Shown here one piece after another: positions 18,750 through 28,778 of a stretch of DNA of 64,000 nucleotides (the first letter of the stretch is position 1; each line of letters begins with the position of its first letter). Position numbers and translations under genes: made by a program. The stretch is from an uncultured Candidatus Binatia bacterium (lineage in GTDB: Bacteria > Desulfobacterota > Binatia > UBA9968 > JAJDTQ01). The stretch is taken from positions 1,440,001 through 1,504,000 of the forward strand of contig OZ251459.1 in NCBI GenBank assembly GCA_965242525.1. The letters run 5' to 3'. The notes beneath the pieces were generated by a model. It was not told the origin of the DNA, searched no databases, and was given only the letters and a program-made list of their open reading frames with translations.

Positions 18750-21034
18750 GCGTCCCCTCCCTTCCCCGACCGGAGCCGGACCAGGGAATACACGCCGATG
18801 CCCGCAACCGCCAGCACGGTGATCTCGCCCAGGGTGTCGAAGCCCCGGAAGTCCACCAGGATCACGTTCACGATGTTGCGGCCGTGGCCCAGCAGGAGCG
18901 AGTTCTCGGAGAAGTAGGTGGAGATGGTGGGATGCCACTGGACCGAGGTGGCCACCAGCACCAGCAACGTGAAGAGCGCGCCCACCGAGGTCCCGATGAC
19001 CGCATGGCGCAGCATGGCCCCGCGGGTCGAGAACCGCTTGAACGGGGGCATGTAGTAGAACACGAACACGAACAGGATGAGCGACAGGGTCTCGATGAGG
19101 AACTGGGTCATGGCCAGGTCGGGAGCGCCGAACAGGACGAAGAGCAGCGCCACGCTGTAGCCCACCACACCCAGGGCCATGACCGCGCGCAGGAAGGTCT
19201 GGGCCCGCACCGTGGCCACCGCGCCCACCAGCGCCACCAGGGCCACCACCCCTTCGTGCACGCCCACGTCGCCCCAGTCCACCTCCACCACGCCCAGGTC
19301 GGCCTGGGCGAGGAAGGTCGTCCAGGCCAGCACCGCGGTGACGGTCATGACCGTGGCCAGGTACAACCGCAGGTACCCGTTCTGGAGCCAACGGGTCTGG
19401 GTCACCGCGGACCAGTTCAGGGAGCGGAGCCACAGGGCGTACCAGTGGGACGGGCCGCGGCGGGCCGCGGGAAGCGCGAACTCCGCGGCCCGCAGCAGCT
19501 CGGCGCGCTTCCGGTAGAGCAGCGCGCCCGCGGCGAAAGTGGCCAGGCTCAGCAGCAGCACCGGACTGAACCCATGCCACAGGGCCAGGTGGAAGTCCAC
19601 GGGTCGGGCCAGCACCGAGCCCGCGGCCGCGGACAGCAGTCCCTCGGCAAGCGCGGGCATCGAGCCGAAGACCACGCTCAGGCATCCCAGGAAGACGGGG
19701 CCCATCCACATGCTCCAGGGCGGGTCGTGGGGATGCTTCGGGGTATGGGTCTCGGCGCCGGTGAAGGGCCGGACGCCGGCCAGCCAAGCCACCGCCAGGA
19801 GCAGCATGCTGGCGAGCGCTCCCACCGCGGTCACCAGCATGTTCTCATGGGTCAAGGCTTCGTAGAGCTGCTCCTTGCCCACGAAGCCGAAGAACGGGGG
19901 CAGGCCGGCCATGGACAGGGCCCCCACCGCGGCGCCGGCGCAGACCAGGGGCATGGTCTTGCGGAGTCCCCCCAGGAGCCGCACGTCCCGGGTGCCGGTC
20001 TCGTGGTCGATGGCCCCGGCCACCAGGAACAGGGCCGCCTTGTAGAGGACGTGGGCCAGGAGGAAGACCATGGCCGCCTGGACGGCCAGGGCGCTGCCCA
20101 GGCCCATGAGCATGGTCAGGGCGCCCAGGACGCTCACCGTGGAATAGGCCAGGAGCTTCTTCAGGTCGGTCTGGTGGAGGGCCTGCCAGGCGCTGGCCAG
20201 CATGGTCGCCGCGCCGAAGCCGGTGACCGCGTAGAACCAGAGGTCGCTGCCCCCCAACGCCGGGCTGAGCCGGGCCAGCAGATAGACGCCCGCCTTCACC
20301 ATGGTGGCGGAGTGGAGGTAGGCGCTCACCGGCGTGGGCGCCTCCATGGCCGAGGGCAGCCAGAAGTGGAACGGGACCTGGGCCGACTTGGTGAACGCGC
20401 CGGCGAGGACCAGGGCCAGGGCCAGGGGATAGAGGCGGTGGCCCTGCAGGGCGTCCGGGTCCAGGGACGAGATCTCGAAGCTGCCGCCCATCTGGGCCAT
20501 GAGCAGGACCCCGGCCATGAGCGCCAACCCGCCCGCGCCCGTGACCAGGAGCGCCTGCAGCGCGGCCGCCCGCGCGGTGTCCCGGTCGTGCTCGAACCCG
20601 ATGAGGAAATAGGAAGTGAGGCTGGTGAGCTCCCAGAACACGAACATCGCGATGAGGTTGTCGGACAGGACCAACCCCAGCATGGACGCCATGAACATGA
20701 GGAGGAAGAGGTAGAAACGGGGCAGCGAGGGATGGCCTTCGAGGTAGCTGCCGGCGTAGGCCATGACGATGGTCCCCACCACCGTGATGGCCAGCGCGAA
20801 CAGGAGGCCGAGACCGTCTAGGTGGAACGACAGCTCCAGCCCCATGGCCGGGACCCAGGGATAGGCCTCGCGCACCCCTTCGCCCGCCACCACGCCGGCC
20901 GCGTGGCTCAGGAAGTAGAGGGCGAGGGCCGCGGGGAACGCGGCGAAGAGGCGTCCCGCCCACCGGACGCTCACGCGGCAGAGGGACGGGGCCAGCAGGG
21001 CTGCGGCGAAACCGGAAAGGACGGCGACGATCAT
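18746..21034 (-). CDS. mrpA: Mrp/Mnh antiporter subunit A
   Basis: [51 protein letters not shown]. Confidence 0.93.
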   Translation of the reverse strand: MIVAVLSGFAAALLAPSLCRVSVRWAGRLFAAFPAALALYFLSHAAGVVAGEGVREAYPWVPAMGLELSFHLDGLGLLFALAITVVGTIVMAYAGSYLEGHPSLPRFYLFLLMFMASMLGLVLSDNLIAMFVFWELTSLTSYFLIGFEHDRDTARAAALQALLVTGAGGLALMAGVLLMAQMGGSFEISSLDPDALQGHRLYPLALALVLAGAFTKSAQVPFHFWLPSAMEAPTPVSAYLHSATMVKAGVYLLARLSPALGGSDLWFYAVTGFGAATMLASAWQALHQTDLKKLLAYSTVSVLGALTMLMGLGSALAVQAAMVFLLAHVLYKAALFLVAGAIDHETGTRDVRLLGGLRKTMPLVCAGAAVGALSMAGLPPFFGFVGKEQLYEALTHENMLVTAVGALASMLLLAVAWLAGVRPFTGAETHTPKHPHDPPWSMWMGPVFLGCLSVVFGSMPALAEGLLSAAAGSVLARPVDFHLALWHGFSPVLLLSLATFAAGALLYRKRAELLRAAEFALPAARRGPSHWYALWLRSLNWSAVTQTRWLQNGYLRLYLATVMTVTAVLAWTTFLAQADLGVVEVDWGDVGVHEGVVALVALVGAVATVRAQTFLRAVMALGVVGYSVALLFVLFGAPDLAMTQFLIETLSLILFVFVFYYMPPFKRFSTRGAMLRHAVIGTSVGALFTLLVLVATSVQWHPTISTYFSENSLLLGHGRNIVNVILVDFRGFDTLGEITVLAVAGIGVYSLVRLRSGKGGDA

Positions 21035-21058
21035 CGGGACTGTCCGCGGCGAAAGGGG

Positions 21059-21814
21059 CTACGACGTCCACACCCCGTGGGGGTCATACTTCCTCACGGC
21101 CCGGAGCTCGTCCCGGGACGGCGCCGCGGTCTCGGCGAGGTCCGGGGACGCCTCGAGCGGCCAGTCCGTCTCTCCCCGGACGTCTTCCAGGGTCACCCCG
21201 GGATGGCAGGACTCCACCTGCATCTCCCGGGTACCGGGGTCGAAGGAGAAGATGCCGAGACTGGTGATGGTGCGGCTCGGCCCGCCTCCGGCCAAGCCCC
21301 GGCGCTCGCGCCAGCCGGGGCCGTCGCCGTAGCCTGGTGAGGTGACGTAACGGACCCGGGGCACGAAACGCCGCCGTTCGTGCTGCATGATGATGACGCA
21401 CCGACCGGCCAGTGTGGCGATGTCCGCGGCCCCGCCGCTGCCCGGAAGCCGCACCCGCCGCCCCTCGTCCCCCACCCAGTGGGTGTTGAGGTTGCCGTAA
21501 CGATCGACCTCGGCGCCGCCGATGAACCCCATCTCCACCCGGCCGCTCTGGAGCAGGCTCATGACCTCGATCAGGCCGCAGCAGAAGAGCGCCCCCGCCA
21601 CGTTGGGAGGGTCGCTCATGGTGAAGATCGGCTCCAGGGCCGGCCAGTCCCGCACCACTCCGCTCTCGAATATGCCGACCGCGTTGGGCGCGTGGAGCTC
21701 CTTGGCCACCGCGAACCCCAGCAGCGGCAACCGCATGCCCACGAACACGCGCTCGCCGTCGCGGATCTCGCGCGCCGCGGCAATGACCATGAGCTCTCGC
21801 CGTGTGTACTCCAT
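21059..21814 (-). CDS. CoA-transferase beta subunit (GctB/PcaJ-like)
   Basis: FESG, AEVDRYGNLN, RLPGSGGA, FVPRVRYVTSPG. Confidence 0.85.
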   Translation of the reverse strand: MEYTRRELMVIAAAREIRDGERVFVGMRLPLLGFAVAKELHAPNAVGIFESGVVRDWPALEPIFTMSDPPNVAGALFCCGLIEVMSLLQSGRVEMGFIGGAEVDRYGNLNTHWVGDEGRRVRLPGSGGAADIATLAGRCVIIMQHERRRFVPRVRYVTSPGYGDGPGWRERRGLAGGGPSRTITSLGIFSFDPGTREMQVESCHPGVTLEDVRGETDWPLEASPDLAETAAPSRDELRAVRKYDPHGVWTS

Positions 21815-21905
21815 GAGGTCGGCAACGGAAGGACCGGGACTCCTCGCCGCGGTCTCCCCTCCTGACGGTCCCATTCCCGGTAGCATCCCCGGCCAATGGA
21901 TTCAA

Positions 21906-22034
21906 GGAGACCCCGGACAACCGGACAGGGAGGGGGGCATGGGCGCGTCCTTCGACTCCGCTTCGCTACGCTCAGGACGAACGGGGAGAAGATGGTCGGG
22001 ACGGGGGAATCCATCCTCCGTGTTCAGCCGTTCC
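21906..22034 (+). repeat. Miniature element copy 4 (type A; core 21943-21984)
   Basis: GGGGGCATGGGCGCGTCC core, GGAATCCATCC, degenerate ends. Confidence 0.8.
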
Positions 22035-22094
22035 TCGATGGCCGGGACCTCCGGGCTTCCGGCGGCGCCGCGGCAGCCAGAGCCAACATCCATA

Positions 22095-22205
22095 GGAAAC
22101 TCTGAACGATCACCCCCGTTCGTCCTGAGCGTAGCGTAGCGAAGTCGAAGGACGCGCTTTCCCACAGGGAAGTGGGGTTCGAACCGGAATCGTCCAGGGT
22201 TTTCC
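22095..22205 (-). mobile_element. Miniature element copy 5 (type B) with ATA flanking duplication
   Basis: GGAAACTCTGAACGAT..reverse core..ATCGTCCAGGGTTTTCC, with ATA on both sides. Confidence 0.82.
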
Positions 22206-22237
22206 ATAGCTCATCCGCGGCGTCGCGAGCAGCCCCG

Positions 22238-23149
22238 CTAATACCCATAACTCACCGGCGCCGCCATGCGGTCGCGGTCCGGCCGGAGCCGCTGGACCCT
22301 CTCGCTGCCGAGCCGCTCCAGGTAACCGTCGTGCCCTTCGACTCCCAGCACCCAATGGTCCAGCCAAGCGCGGAACCCGTCCCGGTCCCGGGACTCGGCG
22401 TGGTAGTCGAAATAGAAGGCGTCGTCCCTGCGCGCGTACCCCTGGGTGGGCGACGGGTGGGAGCCCAACGGCACGCAGGCCACGGCCGCCACCAGGAAGC
22501 CGGGCGCCAGGGTGCGGTTGGGGTCGCTCAGGATCACGTCGTGGGAGACGATCTCCTCGCAGGTGAGCACCACCTTGCCCGCGGCCATGGCGGCGTCCTG
22601 GGTGACTCCCAGGTTGCCCCAGACGTGGGCGTTGCCGTCGGCGTCCGCCCGCTGCACGTGCAGGATGGCCACGTCGGGCTTCACCGCGCGCACCGCCAGC
22701 AGGTCCGCGCCGGTGAAGGGACAGGCCACCTCCGCGAACGACCCCTCGGCGCGGAAGTCGCTGCCCATGAGGGTGCGCGTGGGCAGGTACGGCACGCCCA
22801 TGGCCGCGGCCTTGAGGGCCAGGGCCATGGAGAAGTTGGAATGGTTCTCCACCTCCAGGGGCGCGGGTTCCCGCCGCTCCACCGCGCGCCGGTAGTTGTG
22901 CCCGAGGCCCGCGGCCACGTTGCCCACCCAGGCGCCGCTGACCTTGCGGACGCAGCCCGCGCCGATGAGCTGGTCGAACTGCATGTCCGAGATGGTGGTC
23001 AGCAGGTCCAGGTCCCGTTTCCGCTGGCGCATGATCTCGTAACCCGCGGCGAACGGGACGAGGGACTCCAGGGCGGCCCCCATGAAGACGGACATGCCGT
23101 CCTCGACCTCCTCGGCCACCGCGTCTCGAAGGCTGCGGAGCTTCGGCAT
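22238..23149 (-). CDS. CoA-transferase alpha subunit (GctA/PcaI-like)
   Basis: DQLIGAG, ALKAAAMGVPYLP, PDVAILHVQRAD..GN, HPSP. Confidence 0.85.
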   Translation of the reverse strand: MPKLRSLRDAVAEEVEDGMSVFMGAALESLVPFAAGYEIMRQRKRDLDLLTTISDMQFDQLIGAGCVRKVSGAWVGNVAAGLGHNYRRAVERREPAPLEVENHSNFSMALALKAAAMGVPYLPTRTLMGSDFRAEGSFAEVACPFTGADLLAVRAVKPDVAILHVQRADADGNAHVWGNLGVTQDAAMAAGKVVLTCEEIVSHDVILSDPNRTLAPGFLVAAVACVPLGSHPSPTQGYARRDDAFYFDYHAESRDRDGFRAWLDHWVLGVEGHDGYLERLGSERVQRLRPDRDRMAAPVSYGY

Positions 23150-23392
23150 GGCGGAACGTTCTAACCGCTCGCCCCGCTCGAAGCAAGCGGCCTCGGAGCC
23201 CCGGGGGGCGCCGGCTCCCCCCGGCCGGAAGGCCCCCGCCGTGCCAGGGACCTCCCGGTAGCAGGCGTTGATCCCGGGGGACGCCGGTCCCCCGCGCCCG
23301 GAAGGCCCGGGACGAACCGCGGCCGGCGCGGTCCGCGCTCCCCGGACGGTTTGACGGCCGGGAGTCCCGCCCGATATAGATAGCCGCCAGAA

Positions 23393-23527
23393 GGAAACTC
23401 CGAACGACGAACCCCGTTCGTCCCGAGCGCGGCGAAGCGTAGCCGAGGGAAGCGCAGCGCAGCGGAGTCGAACGACGCGCTTCCCCATGGGGAGGGGCAG
23501 CTCGAACCGGGATGGGCCGGGGGTTCC
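23393..23527 (-). repeat. Miniature element copy 6 (degenerate, type B)
   Basis: GGAAACTCCGAACGAC..CCGTTCGTCCCGAGCGC..GGAGTCGAACGACGCGCTTCCCCA..GGTTCC. Confidence 0.7.
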
Positions 23528-23553
23528 GCAAACGGACAGCCGCCGGGGGATTC

Positions 23554-25089
23554 ATGCGTTACGGATTCGTCATCGACCAGAACCGCTGCATCGGTTGCCA
23601 CGCCTGCACCGTGGCCTGCAAGGACGAGCACGACGTGCCCGTGGGAGTCAACCGGACCTGGGTCAAGTACATCGAGAAAGGCGCCTTCCCGGCCACCAGC
23701 CGCCATTTCGCGGTGCTCCGGTGCAACCATTGCGACGACGCGCCGTGCATCGAGATCTGCCCCACGGTGGCGCTCTACCGGAGCTCCAACGGCATCGTCG
23801 ATTTCGACGGCGACCGCTGCATCGGTTGCAAGTCGTGCATGCAGGCGTGCCCCTACGACGCCCTCTACATCGACCCCGACCACAACACCGCGGCCAAGTG
23901 CAACTTCTGCGCGCACCGGGTGGAGCTCGGGCTGCAACCCGCCTGCGAGGTGGTGTGCCCGACCCAGGCCATACTGTCCGGCGACCTGGACGACCCCGAC
24001 AGCCCCGTCAGCCGCACGGTGGCCACCCGGAAGGTCTCCCTCCGAAAACCCCACAAGGGCACCCACCCCAAGCTCTTCTACGTGGGCGTGGAGGAAGACG
24101 CGCTCCAGCCGGGCATGACCGAGACCGGGGCCACCCACTTCTGGGCCGACAAGCACCCGGGGGAGGACCTGCTGGCGCTCTCCCCGTCCCGGCGCGGGAA
24201 CCCGCCTCCCGGGAGCGCCCGGGAGGTCTATGACGCGCCCCACCCGCGGCCCTGGGGGTCGAAGATCGCCGCCTACCTCTGGACCAAGTCCATCGGCTCC
24301 GGGGTGCTGCTGGTGGCGGCGTTGCTCATGCTCTTGGGACGGAGCCCGGAGGGGCCGCTGCTGAACACCGTGAGCCCGCTCCTCGCGCTGGCGTTCACCG
24401 GTCTCACCACCGGCCTGCTGGTCTTCGACCTCAAGCGGCCCGACCGCTTCTACTACCTGCTGACCAAGCCCAACCTCCGCTCGTGGCTGGTGCTGGGAGG
24501 GTACATCCTCATGGCCTACTCCCTGGCGAGCGTCCTCTGGCTGGCGTACGGGGCCGGCGCCGGCAGCGTGCCGGCGTGGGTGGCGGCCGTCTGCGGCGTC
24601 CTCGGGGTCGGCTCCGCGGGCTATTCCGCGTTCCTGTTCGCCCAGGCCAAGGGCCGCGACCTGTGGCAGAGTCCCCTCTTCCTCTGGCACCTGCTGGCCC
24701 AGGCCGTCACCGCGGGGGCCGCGGCCCTCATCCTGGCGGGCCTCGCCACCGGCCTGCAAGGCCAGGCCATGGCCGCGGTGGGGACCGTCCTGCTGGCGTC
24801 GCTGGTGCTCACCGCGGCCCTGCTGCTGGGGGAGATGACGCTCACGCCCGTCACCGAAGACGTGCGCCGGGCCATCGACCTGCTCATCCGGGGCGCCCTC
24901 CGGGAGCGGTTCTGGGGGCTGGCGGTGGCGGTGGGCATCGTCCTGCCGGTGGCCTTCCTCATCTGGGCCGGCGCCCAGGAGCCGGCGTCCTGGTTCCTGC
25001 ACTCCCTTGCCGCGGTGCTGGCCCTGGCGGGACTCTGGGCGTTCGAGAGGCTGTGGGTGGAGGCCGGGCAAGCCGTGCCGCTCAGTTGA
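23554..25089 (+). CDS. Fused DmsB/NrfC-type 4Fe-4S protein and NrfD/PsrC membrane anchor
   Basis: Four Cys clusters (CIGCHAC, CNHC, CIGCKSC, KCNFC), then DLKRPDRF and about 8 TMs. Confidence 0.9.
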   Translation: MRYGFVIDQNRCIGCHACTVACKDEHDVPVGVNRTWVKYIEKGAFPATSRHFAVLRCNHCDDAPCIEICPTVALYRSSNGIVDFDGDRCIGCKSCMQACPYDALYIDPDHNTAAKCNFCAHRVELGLQPACEVVCPTQAILSGDLDDPDSPVSRTVATRKVSLRKPHKGTHPKLFYVGVEEDALQPGMTETGATHFWADKHPGEDLLALSPSRRGNPPPGSAREVYDAPHPRPWGSKIAAYLWTKSIGSGVLLVAALLMLLGRSPEGPLLNTVSPLLALAFTGLTTGLLVFDLKRPDRFYYLLTKPNLRSWLVLGGYILMAYSLASVLWLAYGAGAGSVPAWVAAVCGVLGVGSAGYSAFLFAQAKGRDLWQSPLFLWHLLAQAVTAGAAALILAGLATGLQGQAMAAVGTVLLASLVLTAALLLGEMTLTPVTEDVRRAIDLLIRGALRERFWGLAVAVGIVLPVAFLIWAGAQEPASWFLHSLAAVLALAGLWAFERLWVEAGQAVPLS

Positions 25090-25104
25090 CGAGAGGAACC
25101 CCTG

Positions 25105-27936
25105 ATGAAGGACGAGATGCAACCCCTGAGCCCCGACGCCGCCAACCTGGAGCCGCCTGCGGGAGGACTCCGCAGCTTCCCGCCCCGGGAACGCTGGTCG
25201 GACTGGACCGAGTACGACGCGGCCGCGTGGCCCAAACGGGTGGAACGGCGCTACGACCTGGTCCCCACCATCTGCTTCAACTGCGAGGCCGCGTGCGGCC
25301 TGCTGGCCTACGTGGACAAGGAAACCCTGAAGGTGCGCAAGTTCGAGGGCAACCCGGAGCACCCCGGCAGCCGGGGCCGGAACTGCGCCAAGGGCCCGGC
25401 CACCATCAACCAGGTCCACGACCCCGAGCGCATACTCTACCCCATGAAGCGCGTGGGGCCCCGGGGCGGCGGCCGGTGGGAGCGGGTGAGCTGGGACGAA
25501 GCGCTGGACGACATGGCCGGAAGGATCCGCAAGGCATTGGAGGAAGGCCGGCGCAACGAGGTCATGTACCACGTGGGGCGGCCCGGCCACGAGTTGCTCT
25601 ACCACCAGCGCATCATGCACGCCTGGGGCATCGACGCCCACAACAGCCACACCAACGTCTGCTCCGCGGGGGCCCGCACCGGCTACGCGTTCTGGTGCGG
25701 CATCGACCGCCCCTCCCCCGACCACGCCAACGCCCGCTTCATGCTGCTGCTGAGCTCCCACCTGGAGACCGGCCACTACTTCAACCCCCACGCCCAGCGC
25801 ATCATCGAGGCCAAGGAACGGGGCGCCAAGGTCTGCGTCATCGACACGCGCCTGTCCAACACCGCGTCCAAGGCCGACTACTGGATGGCCACCTGGCCCG
25901 GCACCGAGGCCGCGGTGCTGCTGGCCATGTGCAACGTGCTGCTCCAGGAGGGCCTCCACGACCGCGAGTTCGTGAGGAAGTGGGTCAACTGGGAGCAGTT
26001 CCTGCGGCAGGAGCACCCGGACGAGCCGCAGACCTTCGAGCGGTTCGAGGAGATCCTCAAGACCCTCTACGGGCAGTACACGCCGGAGTTCGCCGCGGCC
26101 GAGTCCGGGGTGGACCCGGCCATGATCGTGGAGGTGGCCCATGAGGCGGCCCGGGCCGGCTCCGCCCTGGCCACCCACGTGTGGCGCAACGCCGCGGCCG
26201 GCAACCTGGGAGGCTGGGAGGTGGCCCGGGCGCTGGAGTTCCTGGTGGTGCTGTTGGGCGCGGTGGGAACCCCCGGCGGCACCGCGCCCAACGCCTGGAA
26301 CAAGTTCGTGCCCGCCCCGCCCATGATGCCGCCGCCGGCCAAGGCGTGGAACGAGCTCATGTATCCTCCGGAATACCCGCTGGCGTTCTTCGAGATGAGC
26401 TTCCTGCTGCCGCACCTGGTCAAGGAAGGACGGGGCAAGCTGGCCATGTACTTCACCCGGGTCTACAACCCCGTGTGGACCAACCCCGACGGCATGAGCT
26501 GGATCGAGATGCTGGGCGACGAGGCCAAGGTGGAGCGCCACGCGTGCCTCACGCCCACCTGGAGCGAGACCGCCTGGTTCGCGGACTACGTGCTGCCCAT
26601 GGGCCTAGCGTCCGAGCGCCACGACCTCATGAGCCAGGAGACCCATTCGGCGCGCTGGATCGGCTTTCGCCAGCCGGTGCTGCGGGTGGCCCTGGAACGG
26701 CGGGGCAAGACCTTCGCCAGCACCTGGGATGCGCACCGGGAGGCCGGCCTCGGGGAGGTGTGGGAAGAGGACGAGTTCTGGATCGAGTTGTCCTGGCGCA
26801 TCGACCCGGACGGCGCCCTGGGCATCCGCAAGTACTTCGAGTCCCCCTACCGGCCGGGCGAGAAGCTCACCGTAGCCGATTACTACCGCTGGATCTTCGA
26901 GAACAGCGTGCCGGGACTGCCGGAGGCGGCCGCGAAGGAGGATATCTCGCCGCTGGAATACATGCGCCGGTACGGAGCCTTCCTGGTGGCCGAGGACATC
27001 TACGAGAGCCACGCCGCGGAGCTCAAGCCCGAGGACATGGAGGACGCCGCGGTGGACCCGGTGACGAAGGTCATCGCCCGGAACGGGGCCGCGGTCGGCG
27101 TGGAGGTGGACGGCAAGGCCCGCGTGGGCTTTCCCACGCCCTCGCGCAAGCTCGAATTCTATTCCGAGACCCTCAAGGACTGGAAGTGGCCCGAGCACCG
27201 GTTCCCGGGATACATCAAGAGCCACGTGCACCCGTCCCACATCGACGGGGCCAAGGGAGAGATGCTGCTCCTGCCGACGTTCCGGCTGCCCACCCTCATC
27301 CACAGCCGTTCGGCCAACGCCAAGTGGCTCTACGAGATCTCGCACAAGAACCCCCTGTGGCTGCATCCGCAGGACGCCCGGCGGCTGGAGGCGTCCACCG
27401 GGGACCTGCTCAAGGTCCACACCGAGATCGGGTACTTCGTGGACCGGGTGTGGGTCACCGAGGGGATCCGGCCCGGGGTGGTGGCGTGCTCGCACCACCT
27501 GGGGCGCTGGCGCCTGGAGGAGGAGACCGGCGGCGGCCGCTTCGCCACCGCCCTGGTGAAACTGGAGCAGGTGGAGCCCGGGCAATGGATGATGCGCCAA
27601 GTCCACGGCGTCCGGCCGTTCGAGAGCGCGGACAAGGACTCCGGGCGGGTGTGGTGGCAGGAAGCCGGCGTCCACCAGAACCTCACCTTTCCGGTGCAGC
27701 CCGACAACATCAGCGGACAGCACTGCTGGCACCAGAAGGTCCGGGTGGTGAGGCCCGGCCCGGACGACCGCTACGGCGACGTCTTCGTGGACACGAACAA
27801 GTCCCACGAGGTCTATAAAAGGTGGCTCAAGCTGACGCGGCCCGCGCCGGGGCCGGGCAACCTGCGCCGCCCGCTGTGGCTCCTGCGCGCCTACAAGCCG
27901 GCGCCGGAAGCCTACCGGTTCGAGCCCAAGGAGTGA
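25105..27936 (+). CDS. Mo/W-bisPGD oxidoreductase catalytic subunit, no Tat signal
   Basis: CFNCEAACG..NCAKG, ERILYPMKR, SHTNVCS, ETAWFADYVLP, C-terminal molydop-binding domain. Confidence 0.9.
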   Translation: MKDEMQPLSPDAANLEPPAGGLRSFPPRERWSDWTEYDAAAWPKRVERRYDLVPTICFNCEAACGLLAYVDKETLKVRKFEGNPEHPGSRGRNCAKGPATINQVHDPERILYPMKRVGPRGGGRWERVSWDEALDDMAGRIRKALEEGRRNEVMYHVGRPGHELLYHQRIMHAWGIDAHNSHTNVCSAGARTGYAFWCGIDRPSPDHANARFMLLLSSHLETGHYFNPHAQRIIEAKERGAKVCVIDTRLSNTASKADYWMATWPGTEAAVLLAMCNVLLQEGLHDREFVRKWVNWEQFLRQEHPDEPQTFERFEEILKTLYGQYTPEFAAAESGVDPAMIVEVAHEAARAGSALATHVWRNAAAGNLGGWEVARALEFLVVLLGAVGTPGGTAPNAWNKFVPAPPMMPPPAKAWNELMYPPEYPLAFFEMSFLLPHLVKEGRGKLAMYFTRVYNPVWTNPDGMSWIEMLGDEAKVERHACLTPTWSETAWFADYVLPMGLASERHDLMSQETHSARWIGFRQPVLRVALERRGKTFASTWDAHREAGLGEVWEEDEFWIELSWRIDPDGALGIRKYFESPYRPGEKLTVADYYRWIFENSVPGLPEAAAKEDISPLEYMRRYGAFLVAEDIYESHAAELKPEDMEDAAVDPVTKVIARNGAAVGVEVDGKARVGFPTPSRKLEFYSETLKDWKWPEHRFPGYIKSHVHPSHIDGAKGEMLLLPTFRLPTLIHSRSANAKWLYEISHKNPLWLHPQDARRLEASTGDLLKVHTEIGYFVDRVWVTEGIRPGVVACSHHLGRWRLEEETGGGRFATALVKLEQVEPGQWMMRQVHGVRPFESADKDSGRVWWQEAGVHQNLTFPVQPDNISGQHCWHQKVRVVRPGPDDRYGDVFVDTNKSHEVYKRWLKLTRPAPGPGNLRRPLWLLRAYKPAPEAYRFEPKE

Positions 27937-28060
27937 CGCGCCGGCGGACGGCGCGGACGCCCTCTCCCTTGATACGGCCATGCCGCATATAGTAGAGAGA
28001 CGGTTCCCGCGCGCGGGGAAGGATCGGGCAGGGGTCCGACACCCGGAAAGGATGGATGCA

Positions 28061-28675
28061 ATGGGAGATGTCTTCCGCGCCTGCGTCTTCGGTCTCGCGG
28101 CGATGGCGCTCCTTGCGTCGCAAGCCCCCGCCCAGGACCTGGAACAGGGGCCGTACGCCATCGTCGGCGGTTCCCTCGTCATACCGAAGGACGTGAGCGG
28201 CCACGGCGACGAGCTGCGGTTCGACAACGGCTTCGGCATCAACGTCTCGGGCGGCTACGTGTTCGAGAACTTCGTGTTGGACCTGGAAGTGGGGTACCGG
28301 AGCGCCGAAGCGGATGAATTGGTGGTGGACGGAGCCAAGACGCCTCTCTCGGACCTCTCCATCGACCTCACCTCATGGTCGTTCATGACCAACACCTACT
28401 TCGCCCTGCCCGTGGGCGGGGGCCTGATCGCGTACGTGGGGGGAGGCCTGGGCCTCGGCCTCGTCGAGATCCAAGCGTCGAGGGCCGTGCCGGGCCTCCA
28501 GCTTGCCGGCTCCAAGGCCGACGCCTCGTTCGCCTACCAGTTCATGGCGGGCGCCGCTTACGCCTTCACCCAAGGAATGGAGTTGTTCGCCGGATACCGC
28601 TTCACGGGTTCCACCTACGAGTCCGCAGACGTCCACACGCACGACGTCGAAGGAGGACTGCGGTTCGTGTTCTGA
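28061..28675 (+). CDS. Outer-membrane beta-barrel protein (8-strand OmpA/OmpW-like)
   Basis: Signal peptide, YVGGGLG, FAYQFMAG, C-terminal LRFVF. Confidence 0.8.
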   Translation: MGDVFRACVFGLAAMALLASQAPAQDLEQGPYAIVGGSLVIPKDVSGHGDELRFDNGFGINVSGGYVFENFVLDLEVGYRSAEADELVVDGAKTPLSDLSIDLTSWSFMTNTYFALPVGGGLIAYVGGGLGLGLVEIQASRAVPGLQLAGSKADASFAYQFMAGAAYAFTQGMELFAGYRFTGSTYESADVHTHDVEGGLRFVF

Positions 28676-28778
28676 GCGGCACCGGACTTTCCGCAAGGCG
28701 GGCGGGGCCGGGGCGCTGCCGCGGACCGGGGCACGGCCCCCGGCAGCGTGACCATGCATCGGTGACAGGAGTTACGAC

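Noticed and set aside
21896-22248. Short ORFs containing RVLRLRFATLRTNG / PFVLSVAKRSRR / SFDFASLRSGRT (also 8924-9106, 37854-38063, 63445-63636)
   Set aside because: These are translations of the repeat core, which is open in several frames, not genes.
23161-26541. Very long antisense or alternate-frame ORFs (also 8876-11419, 39286-41640, 42815-45202, 53678-56167)
   Set aside because: Shadows of real genes in high-GC DNA, with no recognisable motifs.
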